Positions 12,949-29,574 of a stretch of 64,000 bases of DNA are shown here, piece after piece. This DNA comes from the human T2T-CHM13v2.0 reference genome, Homo sapiens, in the NCBI RefSeq assembly GCF_009914755.1, contig NC_060927.1. One strand, 5' to 3'. The position numbers were made by a program, and so were the translations under genes. Numbering within the stretch: the first letter of the stretch is position 1; each line of letters begins with the position of its first letter. The notes beneath the pieces are model-generated. The model worked only from the letters and a program-made list of their open reading frames with translations, was not told the DNA's origin and did no database searches.

Positions 12949-13612
12949 TATATGTTAAATATTTTTCTATGTAAAAATGTTATATAATAAACATCTTAAT
13001 GCAAAAATTATTGAGGTAGAGAAAGCTCAGAAAAAGAAGTCAGGAAACCTAAGCCTAACAGAAAAAACCTGTGTTGACTCAAGGTTAATCAATTAAAGAT
13101 GAGATTCATTCCTCCAATAATAGCAAGCAGCCTTACCTAAAGTAATTAGCAAATACTTGCTCTGAAGACTGAGGGCTGATGAGGTTAGATTGCTTCCTTG
13201 GACATTTATAAAAATCACTAATGTGACAGAAATAAATTGAGACCTTGTTATAAAACTGAATGAAAATGAGAAAAAGATAAGCTATGAAGAGCTAACGTTT
13301 TAAAAAATCTCTCACAGTCAAAATAGGAGTTAATGTGAATTTAGAGTGCTACCTTGAGCCAATATGCCTGCCCTGACAGAAATGCAGATTCAATTCCTTG
13401 TAAGGAGGGTCTCCAGGTTGGGGAAAGGTGTGTCACCAAGTCACCTCAGCACGAGTATCTTAAATCTCTTCTTCACTCAGATTCCCTGTTCATCAATAAT
13501 TATTCTGATTGTAATTTGATTTTCCTTTTCCAAGTCATTTTTCCTACCCTGTTTCCTCAAGTGAGTAACAGAACTCTGAGACGTTTGATCTTTTCATTTA
13601 TAAATGTGTATC

Positions 13613-13648
13613 TGTGTGTGTGTGTGTGTGTGCGTGTGTGTGTGTGTG
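13613..13648. repeat. (TG)n microsatellite
   Basis: direct reading. Confidence 0.95.
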
Positions 13649-14655
13649 TTTAAATCATACACACAGTAGCAAAAGTCAATTCTGTGTGAGTCTGGCAGCA
13701 TGAGGCAGCTGTCTCTAGACACCAATGCTTCCAGCCCAGCACACTATACAAAGACCATTGCTGAAACGCATTCTACGTAATGACAAAACGATCTGTAGAC
13801 AATCCCTGGCAATGCCTTTCAAAACTTCCCTGCAACTGAGTACACATAAAGAAGTAAATCTGGACATAAATATATGTATTTGATCAAAAGGAAAAGATCC
13901 CAAGCAACTGCCATCTGCACATGCATCTCTCTCTCATTGATATTGAGGATGCTTTAGAATTAATATGTAGTCTAGGGAATCTCTCCTCTCTGCTTTCCCA
14001 TGGAAATAGATACTTCCCGTGAAAACAGAGCCACTCCCTCTTTGGGGGAGAGGGAGTGGCTTCAGCTGTTAGCTTCTCTCTAAATCTCATCAAGTTCTAC
14101 ACCTTGCCATTGCTGCCTTTCTCACAACAATCATTCTGCTTGCACAGGATCAATTTCACCTTAGGACAGAATCACCAAATCTGAGTAATTATTGAACATT
14201 GTGGTCACTAATAGTTGACCCTAGAACACAGAGAGTTTTAAAAGTACACCAGAGGAAGCTATTTTATAATGCAACAGAAGTGCCGCTCACTTAACTTGGA
14301 TAATTGAGGAGATAACTTTCATAATGCCCTAAAGATTGATATCCATGTTTTGTTTCACCCCCCAATTAAATGTATGTAACTATTTGTAAAGGGAGGAGAG
14401 AAAGTGAGAACAAAAGCAAGATCAAATGGGCAAACAGACGTCAAAGAAAATATGTACTTCCGCCAAAATTTGGGATTATAGTATCCCTCATCTAGGTGGC
14501 AGGTTTTGTTGCTACTGAGAGAATATGGTAAAGCTCTCCTTTTCCACTGAAGGTTCCCAAAGGCCTAGTATGATGAGCTGGGAGCCTGGCCTTAGCTGGT
14601 AGCACCTGCTACATACTCAGAATTTTCTAGTCTTTTTTTTTTTTTTTTTTTTTTT

Positions 14656-15850
<1,195 letters not shown>

Positions 15851-16404
15851 TAAGTGATTTTTTTTCTATTTGGCCTATAACACGTCCATCAGAAAACAGA
15901 ATTACACTGATTTTTCCCTCTACATGTGTGTAACAAAATCTTTTAGGAATGTAAAAATCCAATGTCTCCCCCCCACCAATATTTTAGGATAAAATAGAAG
16001 CATTGAGAAAATGTGTCATACTTAACTGTAGTTTTGTGAATTTCAGAGCAGAAAGTAGGAGCTAAGTCAATTAGCACAACAGACAAATGTGAAGAAGAGA
16101 AAGAATAAAGTATAGCTAGATATAACACAGAAGAAAATCACTGAAATTTAATGTCAGTTATTTTATGCAACTCATTGTGCTCTTCCCACAGATACTGTCA
16201 GATCAAGGAGAAAAATAACAGAGTCACATCACTTCCTAAAAAAATAGTCCAATGTCTTGAATAATCAGAGATTCAGCATTCAGCTTCTAAGGAAGGATTG
16301 ACTCTTCCTGATTCCTTGGGGATTAGTCTTAGTAACCACAGACAGAAGAACTCATAGCAATGAGCCAGGAAGAAATTTTTAAAATATTTTATTCTAGAAC
16401 ACAC

Positions 16405-17491
16405 AAAAAGTGCAGCAGTGATCTCATGCTCATGGAATTCACTGGTCTTGCCACATTCCACACCATCCCGAAGCCGCTGGCTTGATAGGATGGTGGAATG
16501 GCCTTTTGAACACTCAGTTATAATACCAGTTAGATGGCAATACCTTGCAAGGCTTGTACAAGGCCCTCTGTATATGCTCTGAATCAGCATCCAATATATG
16601 GTGCTCTTTCTCTCAGAGCCAGAAGTCACAGGTCCAGGTAGCAAGGGGTGGAGATGGGAGAGGCACCATTTCCTATTTACACATAGTAACTCACAAACAA
16701 AATGTATGCTTCCTGTTCATTAGACTTTATGCTCTGTTGGCTTAGACGTCTTAGTCCCAGAGGTAAGAATACTTCCACCAGGAGATACAACAATACTTCC
16801 ATTAAACTAGAAGTTAAGACTGCCACTTTGGGCTCCTCATGCCTCTGAGTCAACAGCCAAGAAGGGAGTTATGATGTTGGCTGGGGTGATTGATCCTGAC
16901 TACCAAGGGTAAATAGGACTACTACTCCGCAATAGAAGGAAGAGAAGTCTGAAATACAGAAGATCCCTTAGGGCATCTTTTAGTATTACCATGCCCTGTG
17001 ATTAACGTCAAGGAGAAACTACAACTACCCAATCCAGGCAGGATTACAAATGACCCAGACTGGTCAGGAATTAAGTTTTCGGTCACCCCACAGGTAAAGA
17101 GCCACAATGAGCTGAGGTCCTTGCTGAAGGCAAAGAAAATGCAGAATGGGTAGTAGCAGAAGGTAGTTATAAATACCAGTTACAACTACACGACCAGTTA
17201 CAGAAATGAGAATTGTAATTTCATGAGTGTTTCCTCCTCATCTTGTTATGAATATATTTGGGTGTACATAGATATATATTAAGCAAACATATTTCCTTTA
17301 TTTCTAATCTTATTTCCTTATCACATAACATGATATGTATTAACTTTATATCAGTATTTAACTATTGTTATTTTTACATCATAGTATTAAAGTGTAACTT
17401 GTAGGATATATGTGTATATATATGTAATTTTATATATACATACATATACATATGTAATTTTACATCATAGTATTCAAGCATAACTTGTAGG

Positions 17492-17535
<44 letters not shown>

Positions 17536-17755
17536 AACTTGTACATAGTATTCAAGTGTAACCTGTAGGATATCAGAAGAGAAAATGTCACTGAAAGACT
17601 TTACCTTCTCTTCTGAGGAAAGGATTAGTATTCCTTGTGTACGCAGGATCCTCGTATCCTGGTAGGTGGCATTACGGCCTGGTTTTTGTCTTTATTTGAA
17701 GGTTAGGAATGGTTTAAGGAGATTCATATGGGTGCCAAGCTTACAAGGAGTTAAT
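16405..17755 (+). mobile_element. HERV-L/ERVL internal 3' region (integrase and dUTPase remnants)
   Basis: catgctcatggaattcactggtc... translates HAHGIHWSCHIPHHPEAAGLIGWWNGLLNTQL; dUTPase-like GVIDPDYQG; adjoins MLT2 LTR. Confidence 0.88.
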
Positions 17756-18381
17756 TGTGATGGTTGATTTTATGTGTCAACTTGACTGAGCTAAGGAATA
17801 CCCAGATTGCTGGCAAAACATTATTTCCCGGTGTGTCTGTGAGGGTGTTTCTGGAAGAGATTAGCATTTGAATAGGCAAACTGAGTAAAGAAGATTGCAC
17901 TCACTAAGGTGGGTGGAGGTAATCCAATATGTAAATGGAACGTAAATATGGAAGAAGGGTGAATTTGCTTTTTTTCTTTGTTGGAACTGAGACATCCAAG
18001 TTCCTCTGCCTTTGGACATATATAATCCTGGTTCTCAGGCCTTCAGACTCAGACTGGGACTTACACCACCAGCTCCCTTTTTTCTCAGGCCTTTCGACTT
18101 GGAAGGAATTATACTACCAGCTTTCCTGGTTCTGCGCCTTGCATATGACAGACTGTGGGTCTTCTCAACCTCTATAATCACATAGGCCAATTCCTATAAT
18201 AAATTTCCCCATATATATCTATATTATTGTGGGGATTCTTGGCCCCCATAATCACATAAGGCAATTCCTATAATAAATTTCGTCTTCCATATATCTATCT
18301 GTCTATCTATCTATCTGTCTATCTATCTATCATCTGTCTATCCTATTGGTTTTATTTCTCTGAGGAACCCTGACTAATATC
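17756..18381 (+). mobile_element. MLT2 LTR (3' LTR of ERVL)
   Basis: tgtgatggttgattttatgtgtcaacttgact...tcctattggttttatttctctgaggaaccctgactaata. Confidence 0.9.
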
Positions 18382-19224
18382 CCAGGGTAAGAAATCTACA
18401 GAGATGTGAGAAATTTTTCCCTATTAAAAAAAAAAGCATCAGCTACTAAACAGCTGGTACAGAATTGAATGGATCCCTAAATCTTAGTAAGGTCTAAGTT
18501 CAATGAACTTGCAAAGAGAGAGAGAGAGTGAAACTAAAAGCATGACTACAGTTTGTGTGAGCAATAACTATTTTTGACATGTGGTGTGATGATGCTGTAG
18601 TAATCAGAGAAAATCTTGTTCACAAGCTTCCACCTGGATTTTTAAAACATTTCAATGGAAACAACCAAGTGTCAGTCTTTCAGCAGCTGACTGCTTGCAT
18701 CACCTTTCTTTCTCCAGCAGTCTACTCTGGATCTTTCACTACCCCTTAGCAGCTCCTCCGGCATTGTGAAAAACATGGATGAAATTCAAATCAAGCCATT
18801 TTGCCTTCAACTGCCAGTTTGATAAGGCAAGAAAACGGACATATTGCAAACTTATTTTTATGGTAGTTATCCATAGAAGAATTGTAATTATCCCCACATT
18901 CATGGTAGTAACATCTGCTCATTACACCACTGTCCTTTTCCAACCATTATAGTTGAAATTCATCACTTCCTGAATGTGAAAGTAATAATCTCTCCCCAGA
19001 GGAAACCAAGGATTATTATTGCCATTCTTGGTTTGTTTAGACCAAGAAACGCAGCCAAACTCCAGTTTTTGCCTAAGGGTAAATCTTATGGGATTCATGA
19101 ATATGAATTAAAAGTAGTGTGTGGTGAAGACTACAACAATCTCTAGTCTCCTGAGAGTAAAAGATGATTTGTTCCAAGTCAGTGACTACTTGTGACTTTC
19201 ATATTCCCTTTAGCATTGCACAGC

Positions 19225-19335
19225 AAAAACAGCACTGGCTTGGGAGTTAGAGACCCAGGTTCTAACCCTGTCTCTGCTACTCCTCATGCCTCTTGCAGAA
19301 GTCATGTAATCTCTCCAGACCTTGTCTCTTTCTAA
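19225..19335 (+). mobile_element. MIR fragment
   Basis: agcactggcttgggagttagagacccaggttctaaccctgtctctgctact. Confidence 0.65.
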
Positions 19336-19799
19336 ATTTTAATTTATACTCTAGCGAAGGTCTCTCCTAGCTGTGACCTTCTTTGAGTCCTTCCCTCTAG
19401 CAGCTCTATGCTTTCACTAACCAAATCTTGGAAAAGTGCCAGATTCAACTTTGGAGGCTTAAAGGTGATTGCAACCTTTGCCAAGTTGGGAATCACCTAC
19501 AGCTGTTACTCTAGCCTTGAGCCTCTAGGGAGACAGTCAGTCAGAAAAGTTCCTTAATAACTAGGGCTAGCGCTTGGCTAAGCAGTCAGATAGGTGGAAT
19601 TTGTGTTTTACACTCCTCCCAATTTCTATATCAGAGTACCCTTCATGCTAGGCAATTTTCTTATATCCTACAGAACCAGCCTTTAGCAGTCAACTAAACC
19701 ATAGGATGTAGGTGGCCGATAAGCCTAAGGTAGGATTTCTTCTTAAAACTATGTTGGAACAGAAGATTCTTAGAGACTGAAAAAGACCCCACAGTGTTC

Positions 19800-20112
19800 C
19801 CAGCATGTGCCTCTCTTTTAGTCTTCCCTTCCACCCTTCCAGTTGCTGAGGCCCAATTCTTAAGTGCTATCCTGGGTTCCTCTTTCTATCATACCCTTCT
19901 TGTAGTCCACCAATAAATCCGCTCAGCTCCATTATTGAAGTAGATCCAAAATCCAACTATTCTTCATCATACCCATTATTATTATTCTAATCAAAGCCTT
20001 TGCATTTGAGGGGTAGTATATACAGAAATAAAGGATAAGCAAAGAGAAGCAGACTTGGTTTAATGCAGAAGTCAGTAGACATTAGAAAGAATTCATTTTC
20101 TGAGAAAGAATA

Positions 20113-20150
<38 letters not shown>

Positions 20151-21135
20151 TTTTTAACAACTTAGCAGCCAGTACTGAGGGGATCATGCTTCTCATCTAG
20201 CTTTGGCAACAGCCTCCTAATCAGTCTTTCTGTTTCTGCCCATACCCCTGGGAAATCTATTTTCGTCCCAGCAGGCTGTTCTGCAATGGCTGCCAGAGTA
20301 AGCCAGTTAACAGGCAAATAAGATTATGGTTGAAACTCCCCCATAGCTTCCCATCTCTCTTGGATTCAAAGCCAAAATCTCATCCATTGTATACTTATCC
20401 CTGTGTACTGGCCCCCCTGACATCTCTGACCTCACCTCCTCCACTCACCTTACTCCCCCTGCTCCCCTGCACCAGCTCCCTCCTCATTCCTCAGATACAC
20501 CAGGCATGCAGCTTAGGACCTTCATGCTTGCTGTCCTTGCTGCCTTGTCTGCTTGGAAACTCAGCCCTCGGGGACCTGCAAGGCTTGCTTCCTTGCGACA
20601 TTCAGTCCACTATCTCTTCCAGAGACTTTTGCAAACCACATTATATAAGAGTGCACCACACACACACACACACACACACTTGCACACAAACACACGTTCT
20701 CTATCCCCTTATTGTTTTTTGTTGTTTCACTTTTCACACCTGATGTCATATATATTTGCTTATTAAAGGTTGAATGTCCCTTATCTGAAAATCCAAAATG
20801 CTGCAAAATATAAAACTTTTCAAGTACCAGTATGATGCTCAAATAAAATACTCATTGGAGCATTTCAGGTTTTGGATTTTCAGATTAAGGATGCTGAATC
20901 AGTAAGTATGATGCAAATGTCCCCAAATCACAAAAATCTGAAACCTGAAACACTTCTGGTCCCATGCATTTGAGATAAGCGATAATCAACCTACATCTCT
21001 TATTCTGTCCTCCTTCCCTCCATCAGAGCAGAGCTGCCTCTTGTTTGTTGTTGGACTTTTGCTGCTGGGACAGTGCCTGATATGCCCTAAACACTCAGAT
21101 ACTTATGACAATGAATAGACTGAGGGATGGATGAA
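19800..21135 (+). mobile_element. L2 LINE 3' fragments
   Basis: pyrimidine-rich L2-like text; ends gacagtgcctga...aatgaatagactgagggatggatgaa; contains (AT)n and (CA)n. Confidence 0.7.
20766..20993 (+). mobile_element. Tigger4a (MER46A-type) MITE
   Basis: TIRs aggttgaatgtccctta / taagcgataatcaacct; gctcaaa..aaatactcattggagcatttc. Confidence 0.85.
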
Positions 21136-21569
21136 CCATTCTCTAATCCAAGGAAATACACGTTGGTCCTTCTTCCAGCTTCTCCTTAGAACACATCTAC
21201 TGACATATTCTAGAAAGGTCATAAGCAAATGGCATCCAGCCCTGGTAGGACAGGCTTTGCTTCAATCCCTCCTTACAATGAGGTAGTATATTGCTACCAA
21301 TTACCTACATATGATATTTCCTCTTTTTTTCTTGCTCTACTATTGGTTTTGTCTAGATGCATCAAGGTATACTTAATTGACATGTACCATGGTCATACAA
21401 TCTTACATTCAATCTAAATCTATCAAAATAATTTCTAAGAAAACACTGTAAGAAGAGGAGGTTTTAGAGTGTCAAAACTCTAATTTCAATTGTCTGGGGC
21501 CCTGAGCTCCAATTCAAAACAACTGACTAGTTTACATTTACTGATAGAAAAGTGAAAAGAACTAGAATT

Positions 21570-21780
21570 CATTAAGCCTCCATCAGCAACAAGCATTGTG
21601 CTCAAAGCTTGTTAAATGCTATCTCGGCAAATCTATGGTATCTCTGTAAATCATCGCACGATTTCAATCATATAAATGAAGAAAATGATGCTTGGGGTGG
21701 CTTTAAAAACTTAGCCAAAATTATAGAATTGAGAATCTGACACCTATCTGAATCCAAAATTCATTCTCCTTCTATACCAA
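21570..21780 (-). mobile_element. MIR (degenerate)
   Basis: aaatgaagaaaatgatgctt...aacttagccaaaatta. Confidence 0.5.
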
Positions 21781-22199
21781 AGACATAACATTCACACCAT
21801 TCAAGGGAAAAATCAGTCCTTTTTCCTTCTCATGCACAAGCCCATGACTAATATTTGGCTAAGGATTTTCTTGAGGGGTCAGAAGAGTTCTAAAGAGGTA
21901 TTCTCAAGCATGAAATCCACAGCCTCTGAAACTGAACTTATCTAGCATGCACAGGGATTTGATCGCTTTTCATGGGAAATTACTTCTAGCTTAGGAAAAC
22001 TCAAGCACAGAATGAAGATGTATCTACATATTAATGTCCACATAAGTTTAAAAACCATTGAAAACAATTATCCCAGACTCATTTTCTGAAATGCTAATAA
22101 GAACTGGTTTCCAAATATTAAGTAGTACCTGGTAGCTTCTGGGAGTAAAAACTGAACCTTCCTCCTTCTCTGTAGCCATTTCAGAAGCCCAGCCTTTTA

Positions 22200-23320
22200 T
22201 TCAGGTGCTACTTGAGGTGCACTGGGCAGGTGCTGGGGACACAGCAGGGAACAGCAAGCACTGTGCTACTCCTTTCATACTCATGGTCTGATGTAGCAAG
22301 CAGACAATTAGGTGAATCTTTAATTACTTTTTTGTTAAATGCTATCAACAAGTGCAGAGTTGTGCTATTACAGAACCTATAATCCCTGCCAAAGTGGTCA
22401 TGATAGCCTTTCTTGAGAAAGTAATGTTTGAGCTGAGAGCTAATGCATGAAGAAACATGTCTTAGGTGGAGGGATTGGGAAGTGGTGGCTGAGAGTCAGT
22501 TTTTTCAGGCAGAGAGAGCAGCTTGTAGTAAAGCCCTGAAGTGGGAAGGAGACAGATACATTTGAAGAGCTAAAGGGAGGCCATGTGGCGGGAAGCTGAA
22601 TTTGAGAAGAGTGAGAAGAGGAGAAGACTGCAATGAGATGAAGCTTCCCAGATGGAAAGAGCTTGAGAGGGATTCTGCGATGGGCTCCAAGAGCTATAAG
22701 AAGTAAGGAAATATTTTAGGCAAGGGTACCTCATTCAGATTTGCATTTTGAAGGGTTCACCCTAGACGTAGTATGGACAGTGGCTTCATGCAATGGAAGC
22801 TAATTAAACATAGATGGAGGAGGTGGAGCTGATAAATACAGAGAAGACAGCGAGAATGCAAAGGCCAGAAAAAAATAAGAGTAGCAATGAATTTGTATAA
22901 AAGTCAATGCATTTGGGATATGTCTACAGGATAGAATCAACAGAACCTAGTGATACATTGGATATAAAAGATAAGGGAGAGGGGGTGTCAAAAATGACTC
23001 CTAGATTTCCAGCAGGTTGGCTGGATAGTCACACTGTACCCTGGGGAGGAAAACACAGCAGGAGTACACTTGATGATGGGGCATGGAAAGCATGAATTCA
23101 TATTATACTTTGACTCTGAGTTGCCCATGATACATCCAGTGGGATGTTGAGTGAGCAGTTGGGTATTTAAGATCACTCCGAGGAGCTATCATCTGGACTT
23201 GGGACTTAAATGTGGAAATAGATGCAATCACTTGGGAAAGGAACATAAAGTATTAAGAGGTTGGAGTTATGACAAACTAAAATACTTAAAGGTCAGGTAG
23301 AAAAGGAATGAATTAACAAA
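22200..23320 (-). mobile_element. L2 LINE
   Basis: ggtgctggggacacagcagggaacag; tttgagctgagagctaa; gagttgcccatgatacatccagtggga. Confidence 0.75.
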
Positions 23321-23714
23321 GAGACATGGTGGAATTTCATCACATGCTGCCTTGGTATTATAGCTCCCCTTGAAAATGCCAGTGAACTTGTTTACCTGAA
23401 CCCATTAAAGTAAGGCATACCCAGGAAATCAGAATAAACAGTGTTTTCAACACTTTTTCTAATAGCAGAGAGAGCCAAGACAGGTCTTTGTGAATCAGCC
23501 AAACCACAAATTGTTTATGTACCCAGCCATAATTACATAAGGCATTGAGTTTGCCCTGATCCTTATCCCTTCCAAAAACACATTTTTACTTTTTACTATT
23601 TCCATTCCAATTTTGAGAATTTATTCCTATTCTTTTTCTGTGCTACTTCTGTTCTACTAGAAGTGTGGTTAATTGGTATCATTTGTTTGGCAAAGTAATT
23701 AAGTCTCTATTGTA

Positions 23715-24040
23715 CAGTCATCTGTTGTTATCCAAGGGGGATTAGTTCCAGGACCCCACACAGATACCAAGATCTGCAAATGCACAAGTCCTTTATATAA
23801 AATGGTTTAATATTTGCGTATAAACTACACACATTCCCCCGATACTTTAAGTAATCTCTAGATTACTTATAATACCAAACACAGTGCTTACACATCACTT
23901 CATTTGTGTGGATTTGACATAGTATTCAGTGTGTGGGAAGTTCAAGCTTTGCTTTTTGGAACTTTGTGAACTTTCTTTCCCCAGTATTTCAATCCATAGT
24001 TAGTTGAATCCATAGATGCAGAACCCACAGATATGGAGGG
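23715..24040. mobile_element. MER2 (TcMar-Tigger MITE)
   Basis: cagtca...gggggattagttccaggacccc...ctctagattacttataatacc...gttgaatccatagatgcagaacccacagatatggaggg. Confidence 0.88.
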
Positions 24041-24059
24041 AAGATTCCAGTTTATTTTA

Positions 24060-24562
24060 AATAAAACATTATTCTTTCTTCTTCCTTTCCTAGAAGGAAC
24101 TCTTATTCTGAATTTAGTGCTTATACCCCTGCATTTCTTAATACATTTGCCAAGTATTTTCAAACCTATAAAGTTTTGCATGATTTTAATTTTATAAATG
24201 GCATCAAATTGTATTATTCTGCAACTTGTTTTTCTTGCTGAACACTATGTGTTTTATGTATACCCATGTTGATACTGGCAACTCTAGTTGATTCATTTTA
24301 ACTGCTGTATAGTATTCCAGGGGATGACTTTGCCACCATTTCTTCTCTTTTCTTGTTGAACATTCAGGTTGTTTCATTCTTTTTGCTATTACACACAGCT
24401 ATAATTATTTTTATACATTTCTTCTATGTACATTTGCTATGGTTTCTTTGAAGTATGAACCAGAATTGTCAATTTACTGGCCAAAGAGTATACACATATT
24501 TGACTTTACTAGTTATTATCAAGCTACCCTCCAAAGAGTCACCAGCAATGTTTGAATTCCCA
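24060..24562 (-). mobile_element. Old L1ME 3' fragment
   Basis: ttcattttaactgctgtatagtattcca; ttttgctattaca. Confidence 0.7.
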
Positions 24563-24569
24563 CAGAATA

Positions 24570-26010
<1,441 letters not shown>

Positions 26011-26239
26011 AGTACTTCTGAAGTCACCAGCGTATGAACTATCTCCAATTCAACAAGATATGGATATTTATAGAGTATTTGTACCACCACCACACACACA
26101 AAATGGTTGTTTCCTTTAACTAAAGTAAGTCAATTTATCTTCTTAGGCTCCAATTTGTTCAGCTGAATGAGGAGTAGGTCACATTAAGTGAGAAACAGGG
26201 CACTCCCAGAGCTCAGAAGTGATCATGTTATCTCCCCAG

Positions 26240-27080
26240 ATATATTTTTATTTTGTTCATTTAATTTTCATTTCTAGGATTTCTGTTTGTTTTTTATGGT
26301 ATCTGTCTCTCTCAGATTGTGAATTGATTTCTTGATTTATTCGCATTGTTCATCTGTGTTCTCTTGTATCTCACTGAGTTTCTTTAATATTATTATTTTG
26401 ATTTTTTCAGTTGTTTCATATATTTTCTTTCTGGTGGAATCTGTTGCTAGGGAATTATTGTATTCCTTTGGAGATGTCATGTTTTCTTGCCTTTTCATGA
26501 TTCTCTTTTGTACTTCTGTTGCTATCTGTGCATCTGGTGTAACAGTTGCTTTTTCTAATTTTATGGATTGACTTTATAAGAAAACACTTTTTCCTATAGA
26601 TGTATCTATAGTGTTGGTTGAGTGAGGTGCTTTGGCTTTGATTCTGGGTGAGTGTAGTAGTGTAGTCTCCATATAATTTCTTTGTAATCAGCACAGTGGT
26701 GTATATGAGTTCCTCATTGGCTTAGGTTGTTAGTGAAGGCTGTGGCGAGGCTTTGCTGGGAAAAGGACACCAAGTGGGCCAGTCCTTGGATACCAGCGGT
26801 AATAGTGCTGGGCCAGGCATGCCAGTCCTTGGGCCCCCGGGTGGCATACATGGGCACTGGTGATAATGAAAGCCAATCTTTGGCCTCCAAGTGGTTTGCT
26901 CAGGTACCAGCAGTGGCAATAATTGGCTAGGCAGGTGGGCAGGTCTCCAGGTTTCTGAGTGGCATGCATAATGTCAGTGTTGGCTGTAGCCATGGCATGC
27001 CAGCCCTCAGGCCCCTGTGTGGCACGTATGGGTGTTGGAGGTGGTCGTAGCAAGCTGGATGGGCCTTTCCCCAAGCCAAA
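26240..27080 (-). mobile_element. L1M 5'/ORF1-region fragment
   Basis: gaatctgttgctagggaattattgtattcctttggagatgtcatgtttt; GC-rich subrepeats typical of L1M 5' regions. Confidence 0.65.
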
Positions 27081-27974
27081 GGGAGATTTTTAAGAACAAG
27101 AATCATTTGTACTCATCCATTCAATATTTATGTCATCTTTACCAAAATTTTTTGATTGTGCATTATTTTTCTTAATCAAAGTTCAAGCTATTCTCTTAAT
27201 TTTTTATCTCACGACAAAATAATTATTAAACAATTTTTTGAGCTGAGCAAATCTAGCCCCTTTTTTCTTTATAGTGTTTTGGCAAGATCTAAAATTAAAA
27301 ATTCTTTCGGTAGTCTTTCCAATATTTTAAAAATATTTTTGTTGATTTTTAAATATTTAAACAACTAAATTGAGTTTAAGTAAGCAGATCATTACTGGGT
27401 ATAGCCGCTATACTATATATTCCTTAGGATGTACCACAAAAAGGCATTTATCTCAATGACACCATCCGCACAAGGGAAATGAAATAAAATGCTTGCTGCC
27501 AATATGAACATGTAAAGGTCAGGTTTCCTTTACTATGATAAAGGTCAAACAAGTGGGCCCAATTGAGTTAGGCATTAAAGAGTATATGTGGGTCAAATTT
27601 GAACTCCCTCAAAGTTTGTGCTTAATTGAATTCAGATACCTGAAACTGCTTTTGAAAAAAAAACACAATTGTTGTCTTTCAAGAAAGACACCTTTAAGAT
27701 AGGACATGAGACTTCTTGAATATGTCAGTGCTCTTTCAAAAGAGCCCTAAAATTCTAAGTAAAATTTGTTGAGTTAAGCAAGGTTGGACCAACTCTACTG
27801 GTATCCTCTATTGGGAGGAAATTTATTTTTTTAGTGTTGACAGTGCAAGCCAACTTCAGACCTCATGTATATGTTTGTGGCTCTCCTTGTAATAAAGTGA
27901 AAATAAAGGAAGGAGCTATGCATAACTGATCAGAGAAGAAGAGATGGCACATTTGAGAATAAAAGAGACATAAA

Positions 27975-28170
27975 TTTACTGAATTTTTACTGTGTATCAA
28001 ACATGGTTCAATGGCTTCACATGAAGTCTCTTTTAACTCCTAAAACAACTCTATTTAAATATCACTATTACACAATGAAACTAGCTCAGAGAAGTAACTT
28101 GCCCAAGATTGCATAACCTGTAAGAGGTGAAACCAGGGCTGTAATCCAGGTCTACCTGGTTCAGAGCCCA
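27975..28170 (-). mobile_element. MIR
   Basis: aatgaaactagctcagagaagtaacttgcccaag...aatccaggtct. Confidence 0.75.
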
Positions 28171-28237
28171 ACTTATTCTCCTGTTCTGGGAGCAAGGGGG
28201 CAAGGCGACCACCTGACTGTTGGACACCTGACTGTTG

Positions 28238-29037
28238 CATACCCATGTTCATAGCAGCATATTCACAAGAGCGAAAAGAAGGAAGCAACTCAAGAATCCA
28301 TTGACGGATGAACGGATAACAAAATGGGGTATATACATACAGTGGAATATTATTTAGCCTTTAAAAGGGAGAAAATCCTGACACTTGCTACAATATGAAT
28401 GAAGCTTGAGGACATTTTGCAAGGTGAAATAAGTCAGTCACAAAAACACAAATACTGTATGAGTCCACTTATGAGATACCTAGAGTAGCCAAAATCATAA
28501 AAAGAAAGTAAAATGGTCCTTACCAGGGGCTAGGGGGAGGGGTAAATGGGGAGCTGTTTAATGAATATAAAGTTTCAGGGTCTGGCATGGTGGTGGCTCA
28601 CGCCTATAATCCCGGCACTTCGGGAAGCTGAGGCAGGTGGATCGCCGAGATCAGGAGTTCAAGAAGAGCAGCCTGGGCAACATGGCGAAACTCCATCTCT
28701 ACTAAATATGCAAAAATTAGCCGGGCGTGGTGTGGGCACCTGTAACCCCAGCTACTCAGGAGGGTGAGGCAAGAGAAGTGCTAGGACCCAGGAGGTGGAG
28801 GTTGCAGTGAGCCAAGATTGCACCATTGCACTCCAGCCTGGGCGACACAGCGAGACTCTGTCTCAAGAAAAAAAAAAAAAAAAAAGAATATAGAGTTTCA
28901 GTTTTACAAGATGAAAAGACTTCTGGAGATTGGTTGCACAAGAATGTGAATATACTTAAACTACTGAATTGTACATTTAAAAATCATTAAGATAGTAATT
29001 TTATATTATGTATATTTTACAACAATTAAAAAAAAAC
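28238..29037 (+). mobile_element. L1MB 3' end, interrupted by Alu
   Basis: catacccatgttcatagcagcattattcacaa...gtttcagttttacaagatgaaaag..ttctggagattggttgcacaa. Confidence 0.88.
28578..28886 (+). mobile_element. AluS
   Basis: full dimer; TSD gaatataaagtttca / gaatatagagtttca. Confidence 0.95.
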
Positions 29038-29106
29038 CCTGTATGAGTTGAGTTGTTTCCTTCACCTTTACCAATTACTTCACTTTCTTTTCTACTCAGT
29101 GTTATC

Positions 29107-29410
<304 letters not shown>

Positions 29411-29574
29411 CTAAAAACAAGAATATCCCTCCACTACACTAAACAGCCATTTATTTAAAGGACACAAATTCTTTAATAGAATTTACATAGTCCATTGGAG
29501 ATGGGTTACTACATGATTTGTTTGTAGCTGATTTTTTAGCCAGGCATCTCAGGTTGAGAGAGAGGTCACTATAT

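Noticed and set aside
17372-17573. Repeat-spacer-repeat pattern resembling CRISPR
   Set aside because: Eukaryotic ERV context; spacers are microsatellites; no cas genes.
19462-19498. Small imperfect hairpin aggtgattgcaac...gttgggaatcacct
   Set aside because: Resembles a degenerate MER5-type end; too short to interpret.
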